From Tubulanus polymorphus (taxonomy: Eukaryota; Animalia; Nemertea): 64,000 nt of DNA. The translations under genes and the position numbers were made by a program. Every line of letters begins with the position of its first letter. The stretch's first letter is position 1. The stretch spans positions 7,700,962 through 7,764,961 of the forward strand of contig NC_134034.1 in NCBI RefSeq assembly GCF_964204645.1. Reading direction: 5' to 3'. The notes under the pieces are model-generated. The model was not told where the DNA came from. It saw only the letters and a program-made list of their open reading frames with translations, and searched no databases. This document shows, piece by piece, positions 13,301-22,474 of the stretch.

Positions 13301-14098
13301 CCCATACCATCTAATAATTTTTATAATATCTATAATAATAAATTAGGTTATGGTAAAATTGAAACTAAGGATTTAGAAACATTAAATTTTAATAAATTAC
13401 CGAAATTCTATGATAATTTAAACCAAGAAAACAATAATGGTTGGGTTTACTTTATCTTAGAAAATAGTGAAGGTTTAACTGAAGCTGGTATACAAAGAAT
13501 AAATCAATCAATTAGAATGTATTCTAGCATCACAAGTTGAAACAAGATCCCCGATAATTGGAAATTTAAATACATCATTTGATACACAAAAACAATTCAA
13601 AGTATTATTTGAAGATTCAATTCACAATGATAAAAATAGATCGATTCCAGAAAACATAGTAAGGTAGCAAAATAATTTAGATAAATCACATGAAAGATTA
13701 AATTATTGTAGAGGCCCTCATTTGTTAATCATTTCAAATGATTTGATATTAAAAATGGGAAATATAATTGGTTATAATAATCTAATTAAAACTGCAACAA
13801 TAAATAATAAGTTTGGATTAAATGATATTAATAAAAAGATTATTACTGCTCCAAAACTAATGGAAGGTGAAAAAAATTAAAAAACATATTCAATCAACTG
13901 AAACTGAAACTAAAACGAAAAGTATTAAATTGGATAATGATTCTAAAATAAAAGATTACAATATTACAGAAAATATAAAAACTGATAATATTTAACATGA
14001 AATAATTGAAAGTAATAAATGATAATAAATCACATGAAAATACTAAATTAGCTATTACTTGTATAGGAATTGTAATAGGAGAAATATTTCATTTTTAA
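10352..14098 (+). pseudogene. viral hypothetical protein with C-terminal TM, split by an insertion at ~10557-12937
   Basis: Frame rejoins across the insert as KDE|QWLLKSNMKYWQNQLNFAVYCATTGCGISW; ends HENTKLAITCIGIVIGEIFHF*; multiple stops. Confidence 0.7.
10557..12937 (+). mobile_element. HINE-like element with nested repeats
   Basis: Starts aacaagagccccaaggggcacaatggccagcc; ends in the hairpin aggcccagcc-tac-ggctggcct-aaaa. Has an internal ~175-bp tandem duplicate (10700-11000) also seen at 45900-46080. Interrupts a viral ORF. Confidence 0.65.
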
Positions 14099-14120
14099 TT
14101 TTAATTTCTTTATTATATAA

Positions 14121-16450
14121 ATGGATGTAGAAGGTGGAGAAGATATTGGAATGGATAACTGAAGAACAACCACCTGATTTTAATGAAACAAGTTTTAATG
14201 ACGGTAATGAGCCAGAATATAATAATAATTTAGCAGATAGTGGTTTTAGTGATAATATAATATCAACAGGCGATTTTGATAGAAGAGCTGGGCGGAGAAT
14301 AAATATTGAAAATGAAAATCCAGATTTAGTATGACAGAACTTAGAATATAATGAATATATAAATAATTTTAAACCTTTACTTGAAAAATCTGGATATAAT
14401 ATAAATGATAGAGGTGCCAGATATTTAGTACAAGAATTAAAATCTTTAGATGGTGAATATTACTATCATTTGAAAAATAATTATTATATTAATATCACTT
14501 ATAAAAATCAAAAAAAAATATTAGCACAATCAACTTTGAGTAATTTAGAATCATCTAGAATAAAAAGAATAAGTAATAGCAATGAAATAGAAAATGTTAC
14601 CGACACAGAAATAAATCAAAATAAAAGAGTATTTAAACTAAGAATTAATGACTTGTTTGAATCAATCAATAATAATTTAGAAACAGAAACAACTTCTGAA
14701 CAGAATATAACTTCCAAAACTAGTAAACTTAAATCAAATAAAGCTCCAATTGAAAAACTTTTACCGAATGGATTAATTGATGCAACAGATCAAGAATTAG
14801 AAGATTTAAATATATTTTCTGATAAAGCAATAAGAGAAATTATTAGTATCAGACTTGCATCTGATAAAATTGCGCATGATGAAAGTATAAGAGATTATAA
14901 AATTAGAACTTTAGAAAAGATAGAACTGTAAAAATTAAAGAAATAGAACAATTAAAATTAGATAGAGATAATAAAGTTATTGAAGAAATTGAATTTAAAA
15001 AAAGAAATGCATATTTAGAAAAAGAAAAAGATGATTTAGAAAATAACATAGAATTACAGGAAGAAATTAAATCATTAAAAAAATCTTATGATTATAATAT
15101 TAATAGATTAAAAGCTATTTTTAAAGATTTGTTGATAAAACCAAATTCTGAAATATCATTAAAAGATAGAATAAAATCATAATTTAAACTAGAAGGTATA
15201 ACAATTCTTTCAATTCTAACAGCTGTAACTTTGTTATTTACAACAATTGGTTTAGCTATTTCAAATTCATTAAAATCTACGCCTACACCCAATAAACCGG
15301 ATGAACCTCCAAGTCATAATAATTCTATATAGGATAAAGTGAAAGATGGTTTAAAAAAATTATGGGAACTATCTAAAAAATCTGCTGCAGCTTTACCCGG
15401 AGTTATTGCATCAATTGTTGGTTTTATATTTAAATCTGCTGGAAATATTATTAGTTTTGCTGCTGAACATATTATTAGGGTTTTCTGACTTTCGTCGAAA
15501 ACCCTCTTGAAATTCTGTTGATTATTATTATTATATATTTTCCGCCGATTTCGTCAAATAAAATTCATCTTCATTCAGATTCGGCAACTGACAGCTTCGA
15601 AACGAAATGTATAAATTTACACTGTAATAACGGTCTCTCTGAACCAACAGATTGTCTGAATGTACTTTCCATCCTATTTGAAACTTAAAATTACTTATTA
15701 GGTTACTGTAAATAAAGAATTGAATTGAATTGTTAGACAACAAGCACCGGCGAAATAACAGTTTCTGACATCATTTAGTAAGTAAATAAAGGAAGGCTCC
15801 GAGAATTTCCAAATCACGGGGACTATACTGGGGTTAGACCATTCAACCAAAAAGAGGATTGCTCCGATAATATCCAAATCATCTCATTTTATTTTTTCCA
15901 TCGAATACCCGAGGCTCTTTTACGAAATTGAATCTGATTCGGTTTAGCTAAATCCGATTCGATGTCGGAAACCGAAAGATTTAGTAAATCGAATCGTTTT
16001 TCATAAATGAGTCAAATCAATTTATCAATTTGAAGGTCGCGATTCGAAAGAAAATGGGCGTCAATGGTGACCGAATTATTGATAGATGATTGTCTGCGAT
16101 AGATGTCTCAAGCCCGCGGTCGAAGAGGACGCCATGTTGGATTTCACTGACTAGATCGCCACTAACTTGCTCGCCGAGCAAGTTAGTCGATTTAATAAAT
16201 CAGTTTACTAAACCGCGTCCATAAACGAGTTGATTTACCAAATCTGATTCACCGCGTGCCGTAAACGTGAAACTTAAATCGATTTACAAAGATTCAGTTT
16301 CGTAAAAGCGCCTCCGGTAATTAATTTTTCCTTTCGATCACATGCATCCAGAAAACCTGTTATCGCTGCTTTGCAGCTATATTTTTATTTTTAATTACAA
16401 TTGTTAGTGCTATTATTTTTGGGTTAGTGATTATTATAAAAAATAAATAA
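14121..16450 (+). pseudogene. large viral coiled-coil and membrane protein, split by an insertion at ~15477-16380
   Basis: Acidic N-terminus, coiled coil, then EGITILSILTAVTLLFTTIGLAIS-Pro-rich linker-LKKLWELSKKSAAALPGVIASIVGFIFKSAGNIISFAAEHII|IFLFLITIVSAIIFGLVIIIKNK*. Confidence 0.7.
15477..16380 (-). mobile_element. HINE-like element (termini of the 6148-8240 family, inverted)
   Basis: Left hairpin agggttttctgactttcgtcgaaaaccct plus (tta)n; right end ttatcgctgctttgcagctat is the reverse complement of the 6148 start. Confidence 0.65.
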
Positions 16451-16470
16451 TTAATTTTTTTGTTAAATAA

Positions 16471-17709
16471 ATGAGTGGGAGTTATATAAATCCTTCTAAG
16501 AATCCTAGAATATCTAATGCAATTAAAGCAGAAAGATCTCACCATATCGTTACTCATAATCCTTCTAATATTAATCCCGATGAAACTTTATATGTTAGAA
16601 TTCCTCGATTAACACAAAATACTTTTTATGTTCCAAATAGTATTTATTTATCAGGTGATATAAAAGTAACTGGCCATGATAATAATTATGTTGTTGATAA
16701 TGTTGGGAGATATTTAATTAAAAAATTAGCTATAAAGATTGGAACAGAAACAGTTTTTTCATTAGATGATTATAATTTATTTATGCATTGTAAAGATTTA
16801 TGGTTAACAAAAGAAAATAGAAATAATATGATATTTCAAGGAATTCAATCCTCAAATCAAAATAAATTAAGATCTGAAGCTAATGACGCAATAGTAACTA
16901 ATGCTGCAGATAATTTGATAAAAAAGATTTATGGAAGCAAATATAAAATTCCATTAGACTTTGAATTGATAAATAATAATGCACCTTTATATAAATACGC
17001 AATTCAAGAAGATATTATATTTGAAATAACATTTGCTCCTGTTAATGAAATTGTATTATCTAGCGTTGTTAAAGATATGGATTATAAATTATCGAATATA
17101 TGTTTAGAATATGATACAGTAACTGATGAAAATATTGCTAGCACAATTCAAACTCAATATGATCAAGGATTTTCATTATTATATGATTATATTGATAAAT
17201 TCAAAATTGTAACTATTAATGCAAATGATGAAATAATTAATGAGAATATTAACTTCCCAAGAAGATCTATTAAAGGTGTATTAATATTTTTTACCATTGC
17301 TACATATTCTAATGGTGCAATAAATGTTGATAATTATTATAACCCTGAAATATTAAAAGTAGAAATAACAATTGAAGGTATAGCAAATAAGATATTTTGC
17401 CACGGAATGAGAATGATGGATCAATGGCCAGAAATTAGAAAAAATTTTATGAATGAAAAAGTAAAATCATCTGAAAATTGTAATATTAATCAAATTGATT
17501 ACTATACTGGTAATAAATATGCACTATGGTTAGATTTTAGAACAACAGAGGATGACTTATTACATGGTTCTGGGAAAAAATTACAGAACACTAAAGATGG
17601 GACACAATTATTCATGAAAAAGAAAAAAGGAATCAAAAATTTCAGAATGCACATCTCTGATGCGTAATTAAATATTGTAAATTCTCAATTACATAATATT
17701 CAATATTAG
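16471..17709 (+). CDS. putative major capsid protein (double jelly-roll type) of a Polinton-like virus; premature stop at 17665
   Basis: 398-aa beta-rich ORF (THNPSNI..LYVRIPRL..YVPNSIYLSGDI..NVGRYLIKKL..YALWLDFRT) directly upstream of the integrase and ATPase; size and position fit an MCP. The frame continues 13 codons past the stop. Fold not verified. Confidence 0.75.
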
Positions 17710-17743
17710 AAATATAAAGTTAAATAAAATTAACGATATATAA

Positions 17744-18861
17744 ATGGGGGATAAAAAAACTCGAAATACTAAAGAACAATATTTAAGAAATTTATATTAT
17801 AACCCTGAGAGTTCGGTTGCTCATTCTTCTACCAAAAATATTTGGCGTCAAGTAAAACAAGATAAATTAGATAAGATAATCTCACAAAATTTAGTTAAAT
17901 ATAAAGATATAAATGATTTTATGTTAGAACAACCAACATATACAACGCATAAATAAATTGTTAGAAAAAATAAAACTCGTAAAACTATTGTAAGTTAAGT
18001 AGATCAACAGTGGCAAAGAGATTTAATTGATATGAAAAATGTTAAGAAAGATAATGATGATTATTGGTGGATATTGAATATAATTGATATTTTTAGTCGT
18101 TATGTATGGAGTTTCCCACTAGAAAAGATGCTGTACAAACATCAAATGTTTTAAGAAAATTTCTTTCAGGTGGTAAAATAAAGCGAGAAAAAAATACAAT
18201 TTGATGATGGAAAAGAATTTAATAATTCATCTGTTCATGAACTCTTGGATTATCATAATATTAAATATTTTTCAACAAAATGGGATAAAAAAGCAGCAGT
18301 TTTTGAACGATTTTATAGAACATTAAGAACAAGAATGTGGAAATATTTTACAGCAAATAATACTTTTAAATGGATTGAGGTTTCACCAAAATTGATAGAA
18401 GTTTATAATAATTGTTATCATTCTTCGATTGGAAAGAAACCTATCGATGCTAGAAAACCTGAAAATGCTGAAATTGTTTGGAATAATTTATATGGAGCAT
18501 TTCTTGTAGATGATTTCGGTGAACCTAATTTAAAGTTGGTCAAAATGTTAGAATTTCAAAGTATAAAAAGATATTTGACAAAGGATACGATCGTAATTTT
18601 ACTAGAGAAATATATAAAATTAAAAAGGTAAAAACAACTAAACCATATGTCTATAAATTAGAAGATTTAGATGGTGAAGAAGCTGATGGGTACTTTTATG
18701 ACGAAGAATTAAGTTTAACTACTGAAAATCTAGAACAAGAATATAAAATTGAAAAAGTGTTTAAAAAAATTATATATTCTTTAGTAAAATGGGTTGGATG
18801 GCCGGATAAATTCAATGAATCGATATTATCAAGTAAAATAAAAAAAAATATAAATGAATAA
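17744..18861 (+). pseudogene. Polinton-type retroviral-like (rve) integrase with C-terminal chromodomain
   Basis: LYYNP..; QWQRDLIDM..IIDIFSRYVW; QFDDGKEF; ERFYRTLR..YNNCYHSSIGKKP; FKVGQNVRISK..FDKGY; YKIEKV..LVKWVGWPDKFN; several stops and frameshifts. Confidence 0.92.
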
Positions 18862-19467
18862 GGAATTATTTATATTTGAGCCTCATAATATGTTAATTTC
18901 TGGTGTAACAAATTGTGGAAAAACTTATTTTATATTAAATTTATTAGAAACTATTAATAAAAACTATTTTGATAATAAAGTATTATTTTGTCCAACGTAT
19001 GAATTTAATCAAACTTATGATAGAAACATTACTAGAAATAATAAATTTATTGTATTAGATCCTAAAACAGTTAAAGAAAATTTAGATAATTGTATTAAAA
19101 TAGCAATTGATATTTATAAAGGATCAAATACATTATTTATCATAGATGATTGTGCAAATTTACATGATTCAAAAATTAGAGAGAGTGAATTATGTTATTT
19201 AGCTTTCTCTGGGAGACATTTTGGGATAACAACGTGGGTTCTAAATCAAAAATATAATTCAATTGTTAAAGACTTTAGAGAAAACATTAGATTTTTAGTA
19301 TAATTCTACAATACAGATAGAAAATCGATGAAAAATGCGCTTGAGGAATATAATATTAATAATATCCACATGATTTACATAATGAATATATGGATAAATT
19401 GAAAAATAACAAAAGATCAAAATTAATATTTCGATTACAACACCCATTTAAATATGAATTCATTTAA
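18854..19467 (+). pseudogene. A32-like (FtsK-HerA) genome packaging ATPase
   Basis: Walker A GVTNCGKT, Walker B LFIIDD, SGRHFGITTWVLNQ motif; premature stop at 19301. Confidence 0.9.
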
Positions 19468-19670
19468 ACTCAACTAGCTTGTTAATCTAGTATATTTTAG
19501 TCACATTCTAGTCAAATCTTAGTTATTCGTAGTTGAAACAAAAATCAAATAAATTTCAACAAGAAATAAATAAAAACAATAATATTTCGACTAGCTTGTT
19601 AATGTAGTATATCTTTAGTTACATTCTAGTTAAATTCTAGTTGCAACAACACAATTTTTTTGTTATATAA

Positions 19671-20266
19671 ATGGGAGGTGAAAAGAAAATAAAATCTAAA
19701 AATAGATGTTCCAATTGAAAAAACTTTGGATGATTTAGGTATTTAGCAGAAACAAAATAACACCAGATAATAATGGTGCTTTAATTGATATTACTACAAA
19801 CAATAATCATGAATATTATCTTTATTGTAAACATCACTTAGAAATATTAATTGCATCTGGGAAATGTAAAAGTTTTATTAATAAAAATGTAACTTATAAT
19901 GAAATAGATACAATGAAATCAGATGAAATTATTAGATTATTTAAGATTTATGAAACTGCGAGAATAGCTAGAACTAATGATGCGATATCAGAAAATGTAG
20001 TAAAAGGTTATAGTAAATATTGTAAATATATGCTACCAATTCAAGATGAAAATAGATTATATTCCGATTTAAAAAATGATTATTTAGTTATGACTGAATT
20101 AAATAAATGGATTGGATATTTATCATTTCAATTAGGTGGATTTATGACATTATTATCAACTGGAGTTATAACATTTTCAAATATTGAAAGTAAAAATTTT
20201 TCTATAATAAATGAGCGAGGTGGAAGAAGTGAAGGAATTAAATGTGAAGAAAAAAACCGAGATTAA
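19671..20266 (+). pseudogene. viral hypothetical protein with C-terminal hydrophobic segment
   Basis: TATATAAATG start; frameshifted into ORF 19913-20266, which contains WIGYLSFQLGGFMTLLSTGVITF. Confidence 0.6.
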
Positions 20267-20316
20267 GAAACAAATTGAATGGTCTCGGCAATTAGGAATT
20301 AAATCGAGAGAATCTA

Positions 20317-21775
20317 AACAAGGAGCCTATCGGCTTATATAGCTCCGCTGTGTGATTTGAAGAAATGGAACCTGCATACCTAGGGGTGCCCGCTTTTGGC
20401 CAAATCCAAAAAGGGCTCTGTACTTAGTAGGTATTGGTCCATAGAACATTCATACCAAATTTCGACTTGATCTGATTAAAACTGTAGGACTAATAGCAAT
20501 TTGAAGAAATAGAAACTCTACCCCCAGGGGCGCCCCCTGGAGGAAGAATAAAACTAGTGTAGGCTTAATACGCTCTCAGGACAACTTCAGAAACTTACTT
20601 CAAATAATGGCAATGCTGAACGGTCCAACTTGCAGTCCATCTTGTATCCTTACTTACGATAAAAGGCATTTGAATTTAATTATACCGATATTATAGCACA
20701 AAAGTTTTAGAAATTGAAAAACTATTGCAAATGAAGTAGGCTATAGTATATGGCTCTCCCATCCATTGCTCATTTATACCAAGTTCGGTTTGAAAACCGA
20801 AGAAGCAGTCATTTAACAAGATAAATCTATAAATAGAACAAATTTGCAAAACATCCTCTATACTTATGTAGGCATCATCCCATAGATCATTCATAAAAAG
20901 TTTAATTCAAATTTGATAAAAACTGAAGAAGGTGTAGCGATTTAAGTGAAAATCTTAAAAAATTATCCCTAATTTGCAAAATTTATGCATAATCTAGAAT
21001 ATGGCTCTATACTGGTTTAGACAATCCCCTATAAAAACATTCATACTAAGTTTGAAATCCGCTGAAAATTGGAGGAGTAGCGATTGAAAGGAAAATCTAA
21101 AAAAGGCCTAATTTGCATAATTTATGCAAAATCAAAAATATGGCTCTATACTTTTGTAGGCACTCCCCAATAGATCATTCATATGAAGTTTGGTTGAAAT
21201 CTACTGAAAACTGGAGTAGAAGTAGCAATTTAAGTGAAAATCTAAAAATAGCCCTAATTTGCATAATTTATGCAAAATCAAAAGTATGGCTCTATACTAT
21301 TGTAGGCACTCCCCCATACATCATTCGTACCAAGTTTGGTTGATATCTACTGAAAACTGAAGTAGAAGTAGCGATTTAAGTGAAAATCTAAAAATAGCCC
21401 TAATTTGCATAATTTATGCAAAATCAAAAATATGGCTCTGTACTTTTGTAGGCACTCCCCCATAGATCATTCATACCAAGTCTGATTGAAATCCGCTGAA
21501 AATCGATGGAGGAGTAGCGATTTTAGTGAAAATCTAAAAATAGCCCTAATTTGCATAATTTATGCAAAATCAAAATTATGGCTCTGTACTTTTGTAGGCA
21601 CTCCCCCATAGATCATTCATACCAAGTTTCATCAAGATCCCATCAGAACTGTAGGAAAAGTAGGGATATAAAGAAAAAGTTGACGCCGGACACCGAACAC
21701 CGGATGGACGGACGACGACGACGAACCCCCTAACCCATCAGCTCCGCTGACCTTCGGTCACAGCGGAGCTAAAAA
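20317..21775 (+). mobile_element. HINE-like element carrying a central tandem array
   Basis: 5' aacaaggagcc..agctccgctg; 3' hairpin cagctccgctgaccttcggtcacagcggagct-aaaa, preceded by a gacg microsatellite. Confidence 0.7.
20830..21630. repeat. tandem array, ~144-bp unit, 5-6 copies
   Basis: Repeated gccctaatttgcataatttatgcaaaatcaaaa..atggctctatacttttgtaggcactcccccatagatcattcataccaagttt. Confidence 0.9.
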
Positions 21776-22163
21776 GCTATAAAATAAAAAATAAATAATG
21801 AAAATGTTAATGATAATGGTGAAAATATTTTTATTTCTACTCCTTCTGATAATAGAATATTTGATAAATATTTATATTTTACAACTGGATTTGTAATTGT
21901 ATTCATTTTGATTGGGTGTAGTTGTAATTTATTTTATTAATAATTCTGAAACTAATACTATCAAAAATGAAAATACTTCTGAAATTTCAAAATTCACAAT
22001 AAAAGAAATGGATTAATATTTTAGAAAAAAGCAAAAAAATAATTTCATTTTTGATTAATTAAATATCTCACTACTTTTGTCTATCTATGCGGAGCAATAG
22101 ATTGTCCAGATAAGTCATTTCGGATTCTTAATATTTAATTAATCTTATTATCAATTTATTTTT

Positions 22164-22474
22164 TTAATCAACAACTTCTAAATCATGATGCCCGTCTCAT
22201 TTTTCCCATGGTAAATTATTTTAAATCCTTCAAAATCTTTTAATTCCTCTGTACTCAATGAAAGGTAAAAATACTTTAAATTCTCTCGTTGTACTAACAT
22301 TACAGTAAATTTGCTGATACTTTCTCTCCATATTTAGTTTTTATCTTTTCTAATTTCAATATTTTGTGTTTAATTTCTTTTGTAACATCGACTAACTTTT
22401 TTATTTCAAATTGTTTTTATGCTGGTTTTATTCTGTTATTTATTGTTGCTAAGAATACTTTTTCTATCTCCCAT
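22164..22474 (-). pseudogene. viral small protein, possibly OB-fold/ssDNA-binding-like
   Basis: TAATAAATG start on the - strand; ..KKLVDV..HKILKLEKIKTKYGEKVSANL..FKVFLP..FKIIYHGK resembles small Polinton-associated proteins (recalled, not searched). Confidence 0.4.

Larger units (their letters stand above)
20211..22016 (+). pseudogene. viral small single-TM protein, split by an insertion at ~20317-21775
   Basis: MSEVEEVKELNVKKK..SRESK, then after the insert ..DKYLYFTTGFVIVFILIGCSCNLF..KEMD*. Confidence 0.55.

Noticed and set aside
20830-21630. Regular repeats as a CRISPR array
   Set aside because: Whole units repeat with no unique spacers; no cas genes; eukaryotic context.
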